The notes under the pieces were generated by a model. The model ran no database searches, was not told where the DNA came from, and saw only the letters and a program-made list of their open reading frames with translations. 47,484 nt of DNA from Catajapyx aquilonaris (lineage: Eukaryota), in assembly GCA_000934665.2 (NCBI GenBank), contig KZ538786.1:1-47484 (forward strand), in the 5' to 3' direction. Positions 10,201 to 21,717 of the stretch are shown here, piece by piece (the stretch's first letter is position 1; each line of letters starts with the position of its first letter). Position numbers and translations under genes: made by a program.

Positions 10201-13200
10201 TACCCTCCTCTTTTTTTCCTTCCTCCTATCTCTTGCTCCGAAACACATCTGCGACCCGAACTTCCCACGCCCCCACACTTGTTCCTTCTTTTTCTCTTCA
10301 CTAACTCTAAACCTTCCCCGGAAAAACGCTCTATATTCCGGCAGCGCGGAAACTGGGACGGGTCATCACGTGGAAATGGACACTTGCAGCACCCGTATCG
10401 CATTGCAACACTTCATGTGCCCGGAACGGTATGAAAGTGAAAACCAGTCACCTACTTCCCCCCCAAGGGAGATGGGTGACCCCGGGCCTGACAACCACAC
10501 CCAAGCCACATCGCACTCGCCAAAAAATTTTTGCACAGGTTTTTGCCTCCGATAAAATTTGTCGCCCGACAGCAAGCGGTGTACAAACCCAGCCGCAGCC
10601 CAATTTCGGCCAGGGGCGACTGGTCCTTTTCCTAGGAGGCACTTGAGCCTTTCTGGAGTCCACCCAAGGGCTCCAGACCACATCCGCCTCGTTATTTTTT
10701 CCACCCAGCTAATCGGTTCAAAGGAGGACACTCCTTCACGCCCTCACGTGTGCACGTGTGCAACACAGGCCGACGCCCACTATTTTATCAGGTCAATGAT
10801 ACCCAGAAAAATATACGACCGATATTGATGACACTATATGGCCAAAATCCGGATTTCAATTCACACACCTTTTCCCTAATAATGCGCCCAAAATGAAGGG
10901 CCGAACGAGCAGAACTAGGGCTACTCTACCAAATTGCTCTGCCCTGACTCGTTATACTGCATGGGTCTTCTCTCGATTGTGTGTGCGGCACTGCCAAAGC
11001 TCGGGTATAATGCTTCGAACACGGCGGATGGTCCTCGTTTTGCATGCACACATTTTAGAGAGGGGATGCGCCCCCTATACACAGCTTCCTTTCAAGTGTC
11101 ATTTGAAATGCCATGGTTAATTTTCTCTCCCACTTCATTGGAGAGATTTGCATCTAGTGTACTCGAGTCAAAAGCCAAGGGAGATTGTGCGGGTACAGAG
11201 TGGCACGGCGTGTTCGCTGGACCACTCACCTGCACGAATCTAATTCCGGATACTTACGCGTACACTGTCAGTTTAGACGAGTATTGATCCAGGTATGCAA
11301 ATATTTGCATGCAGACGAATATAAGTCGACTGCGACCTTCATATGTATAACTCTTCGCATGTGCTGCACAGACTGACAGTACCGTCATGTATGAAGATTA
11401 CTCAATGACGAGTCTAATCCTTAAGAAAGCGACATTGTACTAGAAATACTATAGAAATCTTGCCCGTAGCCTGGCTCTTCCGGATGTGATTACAGCACCC
11501 AGAAAAATTCCACAGAATCCTTTTGTGGCATTATAATGCCGAATTTTGCAACAAATGGCTTTGTAAACACCAACTTTTCTGCTGCCAACAAAAGGTGTTT
11601 CCTGGACTCACGTGACGGAGCTTGCCATCCTTTTTGACACATCTCAACGTCCCTTTTATGCCAGGCCCTGCATAATTCGCTAGGTTTTTGCCAACCCTGC
11701 AATTGTTCCCAGAGCCCGCGAGTGTGGCAATAAGAAACCTCCTCCTCATCCCTCCAAGGCAAATTCTTTCAACTTTCGAGATGCAATTAGCGTGCCCTGC
11801 ACCACACACAAGAGTTTGCAATGCGTCAAGGCTCCTGCTGCAAGCCAGGTTTCCAACACAGGCTTCGTAGAAAAGGAGGAAAGAAAATGCTTTTATTGTG
11901 TTTGTGGAGAGTGAGTCCTCCAGATCGATTTCCCGTCATCCGAGAGGCCTCTGCTTCTCTCTTTTCTATACGAATCCCGCTTGTTTTTGGGAAAGTCTCT
12001 GCTGGGCCAGAGATAAAGGGACTGGGGTTCAGAGGCAACACCTCCGACGGGTAAAATCCCCGCAGGTTTGCCCGGATAAGGGATTGGAGCACTCGATAAG
12101 GTGGGACGGAGTCCGGAAGAAAAACGACGCAGGTGTCGACAGCATCTCTTACTTCGAGGGAGACCTCCAGAATTGCACACCTAGATCTCTTTCTCGGTTT
12201 CTTTTTTACCTCCGCAAAAAGGTGAGGCATATTCGCAACCAGAGGATTAAGCTCGTTTTTCATCGTTACAGCCTGGAAATTGCCGCGGCTCTTCTCTGGG
12301 ATTTCAAGCAATTTCTTCCGGACCAACCAACACCGGTCTAATTTTTGCGAATTGGCTTCGAGACCGCTCACCTGCATTACCGGAGTCATTTCGCAAAATT
12401 AAATTTGCATACACCCGCCCCCACCGGATTACCCAAAAAAATGTGCAGAAATCTTTTGGCAAATGCTCACTGCGACTTAGCCTTATCTTAAGACCCACTT
12501 TCCAAGAACCCCTTGCTCCACATCTCGGTCCATCATTCTGCTACAAAGACATATGGGCCCTCAAAAGCGGATCATCCTCAGAGGGTTCGGACGACGGCTT
12601 TCGCAGCTGACCAAAGCCCCGTGCAGCTCGTATTTTACTCTCGCTCGAATTAACCCCGCTACGTCAAGATATCATCCGTTAGCTTACACTCCGCCAGAGT
12701 GAAAAAAAAGAACCAAAAAAAAGGCGGAACCTTTAAGAAAAAACGTGGAGCGTGGCCATTAATTAGGATTATTATTTTTGGTGAGCATCTGGTAGTTTCT
12801 AGTATCAGCAGTTTCTGGCAGTGTGAGTGTCAATGATAATCTGCTACACGTGACGGGTATATCTTCACGTCTGCCTGACCTAAGCAATCAGATACATCCG
12901 CAAACAAGGCTAAAAATCGCGACGCGTGAAAATTCAGCGCCTGAAAAAAAAAAAAGTCGACGTAGACTGATCCTCAGACTAGATTATACCGTGACTGTCC
13001 TGGGTTAAGCACCCAGCCGGTTCAGGAAAAGTTAAAAACTCATTACTGGTCCGGTTCAAAAACCGTGCTGATTATGTCGCCCGCTTTCAGAAAAAAAAAT
13101 AACGAAACTTTGCGAGCTCTCCTGATTGTCGCGAATTGAAGATGCAAATTGCTGTTTCAGCACTTCGAGCCAATTATGCACGCTTCAAATGGCTGTATCT

Positions 13201-16200
13201 ATCCAACGTCCAAATATATTCCAACCCCATTATGAAGGTTGTACAACAAGCGCGGTCCCCAATTATAATTGCAATTTCGCTCGCCAGCCTTGGCCATATA
13301 AACCGAACACAGCCATCTCTTTATTAATAAAGGTCATATTGGTAATATCTAAAGGCGAAGGGTTCTGCTGAAGATATAATGGGCCCATTTCGGCTCTACT
13401 TAGGTATTCAATCGCTTCGAATCCTCCCCATAATCACCCAACCGGCACATAATCCATATAAGGGCCCCAGCATCCCACTCACTGCCCCTGGGTCGATGGA
13501 TCAATCAGGGTGACGATCAATAGCCTTGGACTACATTCCCACGCGAAAGGAAGCCGCGGGCCTCCATTCAAATGAAATTAGTAAGTCACGTACAGGTTGG
13601 GGTGCAAAAGAAAATTGTCCGCACCAGCAACTAACTATAGCTCAGCAAATGTCGTGACAAGTTAGCGAAATATGAATTATCGGAAAAAGAATCGGGACTA
13701 AAGTTGGGGGAAGCTGGTCCTAACTGGGTTATTTCCTCTCGGCAGACCTTTTCTTTTGGTGGGTACCAAAGTACAAGGCAGGAAGGTGGATGTAATCGGA
13801 TTTTGTTTCCCAGAACGGCCCCGATTTCCGTGGCTCACCTACATGGGTCCTTTGGGGCTTCCCTCACTGTGGTTCCTGTTTAACCTTCTTAGGCCAACTT
13901 TTGCGGTCGGAGGGGGATTGCCGAAATGTCAGTTTGCATTTCCCCTGCTTGCAATCTGCAAATCCTATCAACTAAGCCTATCTTTCCAATACATGGGGGC
14001 TCATTATGTGGGGGGCGGAATCCGGGAGTTGGATGGAAGCCCCCCCTCGAATTGCAGGCTGCGCTCCCACAACCGCTTTATGCAAATTGCAAAGTCCGGA
14101 ATCCAGTAGTTTCCGCAACTCGAAATCAGAACACACCAAGTGCATTAGTGTGCTATTTTAAAACGAACTACAGTAAGGGTTGAGTCACTCCCATGTGGTT
14201 CCCGTTGCTTTACCAGCCGTACTTTGACCTTTTTCGGAAATTCTCGTCAGAATGCAGATTAGTGGGTAAATGCTCTGTGATTACAGGATAGGGCCAAGTC
14301 AGGTACTTCATTCAATGGCGGAGTACACGCAGAACCTCCAAATGTGTAATAATAAGCGCGGTCAATGTTAGCTGCCGATTACTTTCATCGGTTATAGGCT
14401 AACTGTACTAAACTTCATGTTGTTGAGGTAATACTGCCACGGCAGGTTCTATTAAAAGTTCAATAACGACAGCATCGGTGAAGTACCTACTAACTGAAGG
14501 GGACGCAACTATATGCATAATATGGCCCATATAACTAACTTGTAAGCTTCATCACAATACCAGCCCTAAAATCATATTTTAGCCCATGCCCAAATGCTTC
14601 CAAGTAGAGTAGTCACCGAAAAGTTAATCCTTTCACACACTGCATAGTAACTTATTCTAGATATAAAGCCAGTGACTCTCAATCCTATTTTCTTTTGAAG
14701 CTTTTGGCGCGCAGATTTATGACGTCACTGGTGCCCTATATTCAGCCTGAGTAACTCTACACTTGGCATGTTTTTCGAAGTTGCTAGTTAAGGCCTATTT
14801 ACACTAGCAGAAAATAATGTGCCACTGCACTAAAGAACAAGATGCTCACGTTGTCTGATTTATGATCAAATGACAATAATATACAGTAGATGGGTCAAAT
14901 ATCTACACATTTCATGTCACATGTCACAATCTTGTTACGATTTATTACACGCAATACCAAAATAAATGCCCGACTAGGACACGAGTGTTATTTTGTGCTA
15001 GTGAACTTTTTTTTATTAGAGCAGAGTGTTTTTGCCAACATTTTAGGATCCAACAGACGTATCCTTATCTCCAAATGTGTCAGTAAGCCCCACAATGAGG
15101 TTCTGCTTCATGAACAGACAGTGGCCACAAACGAGCCTGTATCTTTAGCAACTTGCATAAAACATTCGTCCATCCCCTGTCTCCATCTTGGTATGAACGC
15201 TGACAGTGGCGGATCCTGCCAGCTTGATTTGCGCCCCACTTCAACCCTGGGAGGCCCAACTGATCCCCTTGGCAGGCGATCAAAGCGACACGCCATTTTC
15301 TCCAGAGGCGGTTATCCTAATAGGAGGGCAACCGATAAGCCATGGCTGCTTGGCGGATAAGCCCGCATCCCAGGATAAATGGCCTGACAGCCCAGAGACG
15401 CTGAGCAATCGACTTGTCTGCAGGGCACAACACTCGCCAAGGGAGACGCAAGAAAGACCGGAAAGAAATGGGCAGGATAAAGACAAAAGGGAGTGGGTGA
15501 CGTTACGAAACCCTATCCGCCAAAAAAAACGGCGAGAAATTGTGATCGATTTTGCGCGAACAAAACCGCAAGATGCAAGGTTCCGCCCAATTGGTTGGAA
15601 GAAGGAACCGCACAACCTCAAAATTGCGGTTCCGGGTAAAGAGAGAAGAAAGAGCCGAGATTCCTCAGGAGCCTCATGATTTATTAGCATCCCGTGCAAT
15701 AATTCCTCGTCCCCAAAAACTGTCAGCGAGGCCTTAATACAATTCAACTATTTTTTTTCTTTTGCAAGAGGCAGGAATCTTAATTTAAGGTAGATAATGC
15801 AGATCGGGCATAAATCGCTACTTTTTACGAGCGAAAACAGCTCATGACCTTTTTTTTTCCCCCATGAAAGTCTTCACGAAAATGGGAGCCTCCAGCTTAG
15901 TTTTAAAGACTCCAGCAGCCTTACCAGGGAGGCCATCTATCTTTCAATTTTAAACTTTAATTTATCCAGATGTTTCCCACCGTAAAACTCTCATCTTGTT
16001 AAGCAGACCCAATTATCGCCTTCCTGGGATTCAGAGAGGCGATACTGCCCTTTTAATTTTCGTAGGACCAGAGCATTAATGTTAATCAAGGAAGGTGGGG
16101 GTCCAGTCGTAAACCGAGGGATTTCGCAATTTTGGGAGGGCGGTGTTGAGATAACCAAGGGTTAGAAGAGCGCTTAAAAATTGCTATCACATTTCTATTC

Positions 16201-19200
16201 CTGGTCGTTCTTCATGTTATTATCTAAACAACGCCGCGCATTAATTTGCATGGATTAATAATTTCATTTCCGGTGCAGTGTACCTTGGGATGATCTGAAT
16301 CTACATGAATGGCGGAGATAAATTAGACGGGTGGTAGGGGAAAGGTTTTTTTTTTGCACGGCGATAGAATTATTAGCAAAATGGTACGCGATTTGGGAAC
16401 GGAATTTCCATTTTCCGTGCGTTTTCGCATTCAGAGGTGAATTACTGATCGTATATTTCGGTCGCTTTATCTGAGTTGGATGTTTCGTATAGAGCTGATG
16501 AAAAATAGCGTTCGCCTCTTCACACCTGAACTGCTTGGCGAGTCATAAAATTACAATATAGGTGCACTGATCTCAAAACAGTCGACACAAAAACCAAGCA
16601 CAAAATCCCACTTCAACGATCGTCAATAACTCGTCAATTCTGCTTCCTCTCACTTGCAGCAAGAAAAATAATAATGGCAATAACGGCCATGGTTGGATAA
16701 TTTATTCGAAGCAGTTTTTTCTCACACTCCCGCTGTTATTTTGTTATTCGAAAGCCTGTTCCACCGTACATTGTTGACAAAAATATGTTGACTCTGAACC
16801 TCAATCATCCAACACAAGTGGCGTCAATGATAATCAAATAAACGGCGATGCTCACTTTCGCTTTAAAATTGGAAGTCAAATAACCCCCGCTAATTAATGG
16901 AAATTCTGCACGACTGGCCACAATTTCCACTTGCCCAATGCTGCAGTTCAGTAGATCATTACATAGCTCACATTTTTTAAAAGCTGGCTGGCTTAAATAT
17001 CTCCGGCTCCCTATATATACACACACACACTTATCACTTTAGCCACTCAGCCTTTCTCTCGAAACTTCATAGTCCATAAAACTAATAATTACTACGAGGC
17101 TTCCTAAAAAAAAGTGACGTAGCAGATGATGAACATGACTGTTTAATATTGCATAAAACTAGGATCCTAGCAGTAATCCGATTTAATCGAGGCGGTAATC
17201 ACTCGGGAATCCTGTGTACACTTTCCAGGGACAAATCCGTAGGGAGAAGGGGAATCGGAGTTGCATATACACTCTTCTCTCGCACATTTTCTTCTTATAA
17301 GCACTCGATATACGTAGAGTTTAAGCAGCAGTCTTTGGAGCAAACACTCTAGAAAGCGGCGGAATCACTATGATTCCAACTTTATCATAAGCATTAATAA
17401 CACGTTATTGCCATGCTGCTTTTTAAAAAACAGTCGGTATTTCTTTTGCAGATAGAGGTCTGTTTCCACCTCTCAAATATTGTGTGCAAAAAATACATAC
17501 AAATATACAAAAATATTTTTGATGTCTAATGGCAATATAAGGTATAAAATACCATGCACGTTTTCGATATCTGGTCATAATATCAGACACCTACAAAAAT
17601 AAATGCCAGACTTGAGCACCTTGCGCATTTATTTCCTTCTGGCTAATCCCCCCCAAAATGGCCAATGATCTCTTAACTTATCCCCAGCAATAACAGTCAG
17701 TGCAGCACATGGAATCCCCTATCTGCGAGTTGGCAACGTCCCCTATTTCCTGAGCTACAGTCCAGCAAAAGGGCCTAGGGCTACCGAAAAAAAAGGGGGG
17801 AGAGCTCGACCTGTAAGCGGAAGTTACAATTTGCAAGTCATAACCGGGGGACGATGCTCGATTCCGGTCTCCCTCACTTTGCTGATCCTTTTCATATATT
17901 GGAGGCTCAGCCAGCCCCCCCCCCCNNNCCCCCCCCCCCTGAATTTGAACCTGGGGGCGGCCCTGGGAACAAACCAGCAAGCCTCCCCTGAAATGTCTGC
18001 TTTTCAAGCTCTCGGAGGCAGAGAATCGAAAGTGCAGAGTTGGGATGTCGTTGCTATGGCGACAAAATAGGAGGATGGTGGAGGGTGGGTGGGTGGGTCT
18101 GGGTTGGCCTGGTCCTGCTTGCTGCTGCCTAGCGCCTCGTACAACCCGGCGGCGCCTCTAGCCCAAATATTATCATGTACCAACAGCCTCATAAATATGC
18201 CGCCGCATGCTACGAAAATTTGCTAAATTTAACATCTCCGCGGACATGGCCCTAATCCCCTTTTTGCACCCTGTGAGAAGCTGGTGGGTCGAATTAACAG
18301 CTGCAACGGATCCCACTGTCAGAAAACCCTTTAAAAGGGGAGTGTAATTCGCAATTACCACAATCCGCACTTCGGCAGGGGCTCCTTCAGACAATCCCGG
18401 CGAATCCGACCTGAACCTTGCCTCTCTCCTGATGCATGCTGGGTCCCCTCAACAAGAGAGATGTTCCTTTGAAAGAGCTTTGGGACTCGTAATGGATCCG
18501 CTAATAGAACCTTGCGAGTCCTCATCATCCCTCCCGAGCCTAAAAATGACTTAATCCCCGCAGAAAACACTATACAGTAACGGGCTAATAGCAAGGTAAG
18601 TGATCCTTGTGGCTTCATCCTTCCTCGCAGTAAATACACGCAAATATTTGAACACCACATGGATTTTTCATGCTCATTCATATAAAGAACTCATACTGAA
18701 TAACACTGTGTATATAATATAAAATTGAATAAATTGAAAGATCACTAAAATTGAGCCAAATTTCTGACTATCTGATCAACCTTCTACGAGTCGATACATT
18801 TTTTTCTCTCACCATGCTTCCTGACACTTAATGGTTCGAACAGACAAGTGACCCTTCCTGCATACTCGTATAACCACGCTCAGCATATTTTTTTTTTTCT
18901 TTCGTTTCTTTCCAGCACCCCAAGTGCAATGTAATGTTGACTAATTGCACGTTCGCGTTCAGCCTATACACCATTTCTAGCACCATACACTCGACGTTGA
19001 TTGAGCACCGGGTCTAATGAGGTTATTTCCACGGGTTTGCCATGCCCGTGACATAAAATTTGAATTTACTTTAATTAAACCGTGCAGCAGAGGTCTGCCT
19101 GACGCAGCAGTATCTGGCTCAGCACCAGAAGCAGTGACAACTTATCACGAGATAATCCAACTAGGTAAACCGCAACTCGGGAACTAAAACTAGCCCTGGC

Positions 19201-19665
19201 AGCAAAAATGTTTTGTTTAAGTTACTATAATATGGTTGTTGTAAATACCTGTTAGCTTCCTCCAGCTTGGCCAAGAGAGCTAGCTCCTCGTCTGAGGGCC
19301 GGCTGCTGGAGTTGTTGAGAAGAAGATTGGCTGCGACGACTGCAGCAGCGGTACCGTCGCAGGAGCTGTCGACCGAGGAAGCGTCTTCCTTGTTGCCGAC
19401 GTGGTTGTGGTGATGCTGCGGTGAGGAAGAAGGCTCCGGGGAAGACGGGGAAGACGAAGTGTCGGAAGATGGCGAGGGTGGGTCTGGTTGTCGTTGTTGC
19501 TGCTGTTGCATGCTGGCCGATCGGGCCACCACGCTAGCAGAGCTCATGCTGTCGGTGCCCGTGGTCGTCTGAGGGCCGCGTCTCTTGAGGCTGCTTGTCT
19601 TGCTGCCGGACAGCGACGCATCATGCGACACACGCCCATCGAGGCAACCACCCACACTGGCGCTC
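4090..19665 (-). CDS. Evi5: Evi5 ortholog, spliced: TBC-domain Rab-GAP with C-terminal coiled coil. Exons 19249-19665, 9269-9363, 9070-9185, 8037-8336, 7512-7756, 7337-7451, 6454-6996, 5971-6318, 5595-5858, 5251-5352, 4090-4251
   Basis: The joined translation closely follows EVI5 as I recall it: LLAKLEEANR-LIECDAKSL, ELVRKGIPHHFRGIVWQLL, IRRDIARTYPEH, DREVGYCQG, FHTSMYASSWFLT, SKKMKKLEK, LADRLIQGQV, LQEELIAVKLREAEA. All introns are GT-AG and the phases match at every junction. First in-frame ATG in the window is at 19547 (context AGCATGA). Confidence 0.96.
4825..5078 (-). CDS. Evi5: Candidate alternative penultimate exon of Evi5 (acceptor at 5078 or 5054), Ser/Thr/Pro-rich, ending GWKWWAE(S)*
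   Basis: Open frame in phase 0 with the preceding exon. A strong pyrimidine tract precedes gcaag|GAG (5078), and a second in-frame acceptor ttccag|GGC lies at 5054. Consensus donor GA|GTAAGT at 4825. The block is GC-rich within AT-rich intron. Confidence 0.65.
5251..5352 (-). CDS. Evi5: Evi5 exon (102 nt): NHELVAEGELRSNNEENDKLQDKLQDKLAEYKAE
   Basis: Acceptor tttcag|AAC and donor GAG|GTGTGT, phase 0-0. Confidence 0.92.
5595..5858 (-). CDS. Evi5: Evi5 exon (264 nt): VMELETQ...KISGLKLK
   Basis: Acceptor tttcag|GTG and donor AAG|GTGCGT. Contains MELETQ and KEEIMMARIRDAE. Confidence 0.94.
5971..6318 (-). CDS. Evi5: Evi5 exon (348 nt): ELEEDKKTLRESTPDNSVAHLQEELIAVKLREAEA...ELRLK
   Basis: Acceptor cgtag|GAG and donor AAG|GTGATT. 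Coiled-coil LREAE repeats. Confidence 0.94.
6454..6996 (-). CDS. Evi5: Evi5 exon (543 nt): YFQKDLP...LRGRIQ, start of the coiled coil
   Basis: Acceptor ctcgcag|TAC and donor CAA|GTACGT. Contains KKMKKLEKDY, RLRTENRLLKQRIE and LADRLIQGQV. Confidence 0.96.
7337..7451 (-). CDS. Evi5: Evi5 exon (115 nt): (R)IMDVFLSENMEIIFKIALALL...LDMEGMLK
   Basis: Acceptor tttgcag|G after a 60-nt intron and donor AAG|GTAATG. Encodes the end of the TBC domain. Confidence 0.95.
7512..7756 (-). CDS. Evi5: Evi5 exon (245 nt): TBC domain, MPEEEAFAVLVKLMQDY...LPLPIAS(R)
   Basis: Acceptor gcag|ATG and donor AG|GTAAGT. Contains MYASSWFLTLF. Confidence 0.96.
8037..8336 (-). CDS. Evi5: Evi5 exon (300 nt): N-terminal half of the TBC domain with the Arg finger (IRRDIART) and Gln finger (YCQG)
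   Basis: Acceptor gacag|GAG and donor CAG|GTAAC. Translation ELVRKGIPHH...GLLLMQ. Confidence 0.97.
9070..9185 (-). CDS. Evi5: Evi5 exon (116 nt): (G)TSSSQDRNEDPEEDLWGSWGRVVNDWDTCWKKRNQIVR
   Basis: Acceptor tctctccag|GG and donor AGG|GTATGT, preceded by an 83-nt intron. Contains the EEDxWxxWGRxVNxW motif that precedes the TBC domain. Confidence 0.93.
9269..9363 (-). CDS. Evi5: Evi5 exon (95 nt): (R)LIECDAKSLNSLSGSGHSRKSSDTSQISVTS(G)
   Basis: Acceptor tttgcag|G and donor G|GTGAGA. Not in the ORF track; translated by hand. Matches the EVI5 segment that follows LEExNR. Confidence 0.92.
9628..9713 (-). CDS. Candidate alternative first coding exon of Evi5: MEWYFSLSQASESEPECLDGSAGATSAG(R)
   Basis: ATG at 9713 in strong context (GGTATGG), then 28 codons plus AG, then donor AAG|GTTGGT. 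Phase 2 matches the acceptor at 9363. No homology support that I can recall. Confidence 0.35.
17926..17928. other. Assembly gap (3 N) inside a poly-C run
   Basis: N bases. Confidence 0.99.
19249..19665 (-). CDS. Evi5: Evi5 exon (417 nt, phase 2-2): Ser/Pro/Gln/His-rich N-terminus ending ...PSDEELALLAKLEEANR
   Basis: Acceptor ttgttgtccatcag|G at 19665 and donor AG|GTATTT at 19249. The frame is open throughout and ends in the conserved LLAKLEExNR motif. Confidence 0.9.
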
Positions 19666-20828
19666 CTGATGGACAACAAAAATAGAAAAAAAGGAGGTCA
19701 AAAACAGGAATTTACATCCACATCCATTTAGAGAGCATCGGGCAACCCGGCAGACTATCGGCAATCAATTCGGCTCGGCGTATACCATTGTTTTAGGCCG
19801 GCATAGTTTGCATGGCATAATTCGCTTTACAAACTGCATTATTTTGTTGTGTTTGTGACTGACACATGGTCGACATGTCACTCTCGGCCTGGCACTAGCC
19901 GCACTGCATTTATCCCGCGTCAGGTAAAAGCGCCGCACCTGACAAAACGTGTTGGTTTTATGTTACTGGGCCCATTATTACATCACCATATGATAAAACA
20001 CTGGCACCACTGGTTGGGTTGCACTCAGTGACATGACAATTTTTTTAGACGCATATTTGGCCGAACCTGTTCACAATCAAGGCCAGTATCAATGCCATGG
20101 ACCAATTTAGACTCGCCCAGAGCGGCATGCAGCCTCCAAGGCCCAATTACAGATGCGCCCACACAATGATGGCTCAAGTACAAACGGAAGCATCAGCCTT
20201 CCATTTGCGAGCTCAGGTCACAAAGGGACAACCGAATACTCTGCAAAAAGAGGAAAGAGAAGCTTCTACCCCACCTCTCTAGTGATCGATTCTTAGTGGA
20301 ATCCGCAGGAGGAGGCTGCGTAAGGAATGAAAACGGCCTGATCGAAATGCAGGAAACGGTGACACCAGTTAGGGCCAAGTGGAAAATGGGTGGCCTATAG
20401 AGACTACACCGCCCGCCCCGTACATTTATCACCCTTGGCTTCCGAAATTTCCTGGCATCCGATTCCGTATGTCTGAGAGACAAGGCAGGTTGCACAGGCA
20501 GCCCCTTATCCTTTCATGCCTGCATATATGGGTGAATCTAATTAATTCACGGTCGGAGAAGGACCTCCACCGTGTTCTAAAGCTTCCGAGAGGGATTATG
20601 CATGGATGAGCCCCACAGTGACTTGAGCGTACTCAACATTTACGAGCAAGTTTCTTGGACGAAACCGGCGTCATAGTAGTTCCTAACGAGGCCACCCCCC
20701 CCCCACCCCCTCTTTTGGTTAACTATTCACAAACTCCTAAGGGGAATTGCAGATTGACTTTTAATATTGCCGTAGGGCGCTGTGTGCTCCGAATGTTTCG
20801 AGTCGGTTATATTTTTTTCCACCCCGAG

Positions 20829-20850
20829 TCTCTCTCTCTCTCTCTCTCTC
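20829..20850. repeat. Short (CT)n microsatellite
   Basis: Directly visible. Confidence 0.9.
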
Positions 20851-21426
20851 CACCTTCTCGCTTCGGAATTCCGGGTGCCGTGGAAACTTCCCTAGCCGAA
20901 CATTGCTGAATTAATTATTGCGAGAGCCGTTCAAACGGGGTCGTAAAAATCAGAGGAATCTGCAAAGTCGGCGAACGCTCCCGTGCGTGCACAGAACCCG
21001 GCCCCCGACTATACCAGACCCAGAGTAATTGACATCAGGCCTGGGAAATTATATTCTCATCCCGGATGGAGACAGACTCATTTCCCAACTGCTTCGTATT
21101 CCATTCATACAAAGAAGCCAATTACGTGAATCGCAATTAGAGTCCAGCTCCTAGCGTATGTGGCGTTAATTAAACTCTTAATCCGGAGGAGAAAAACGAA
21201 TTGCGCGGGCAGGGAATGGCGAACTCAACAACGGACATTTGCTCCATTCAATAACGAACAATGAACTTCAATTAAACGGCCTTCCTGTTAGATTTGTTCC
21301 TTCCGGCTGCAAACTATCACAAGAACCAACTCAAGTTTATCTAAACTGAAGGATGAGCCAAATGCAGTACAGTGCAATCCTATTATGTATACTGTCAAGT
21401 TATTCTGAATTGACATCATTCATAAC

Positions 21427-21478
<52 letters not shown>
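21427..21478. repeat. (ATT)n microsatellite, about 17 units
   Basis: Directly visible. Confidence 0.98.
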
Positions 21479-21479
<1 letters not shown>

Positions 21480-21717
21480 GTCATAAAATAGCTATTTCAA
21501 GAGCGGAATTTTGTTAAGTTTTCTATAGTTCTCGCTTCATTTTGATCAGTTTCTCAATGGGACTGAAGTGGTAATCTTTTTAGAAGAAAATTATACGGTA
21601 TCCTGGAAATCTCTCAGAAATAACAGGGTTTAACTATGTAACAGTCAGGGTGGGATTCGAACTCAAAACCTCCCAAATGGCGCAGTGAACTCCTTTCAAC
21701 TAAATTGACTGAGAGGC
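21427..21717 (-). mobile_element. tRNA-derived SINE-like element with (AAT)n tail
   Basis: Minus-strand B box GAGTTCGAATCCC at 21652-21664, with a degenerate A-box-like segment near 21685-21715. About 170 nt of body follows, then (AAT)17 at the 3' end. Confidence 0.55.

Noticed and set aside
11826..12389. 187-aa minus-strand ORF and overlapping ORFs in the 9.9-kb intron
   Set aside because: No recognisable domain and no convincing splice sites in phase with Evi5. Consistent with chance ORFs in a GC-rich block.
18924..18950. GTGCAAT...ATTGCAC inverted repeat, superficially miR-33/miR-92-like
   Set aside because: The stem is only about 7 bp, far too short for a pre-miRNA.
21645..21717. Functional tRNA gene
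   Set aside because: Only the B box/T-loop is clean. The acceptor, D and anticodon stems do not pair, so it is better explained as a SINE-like head.
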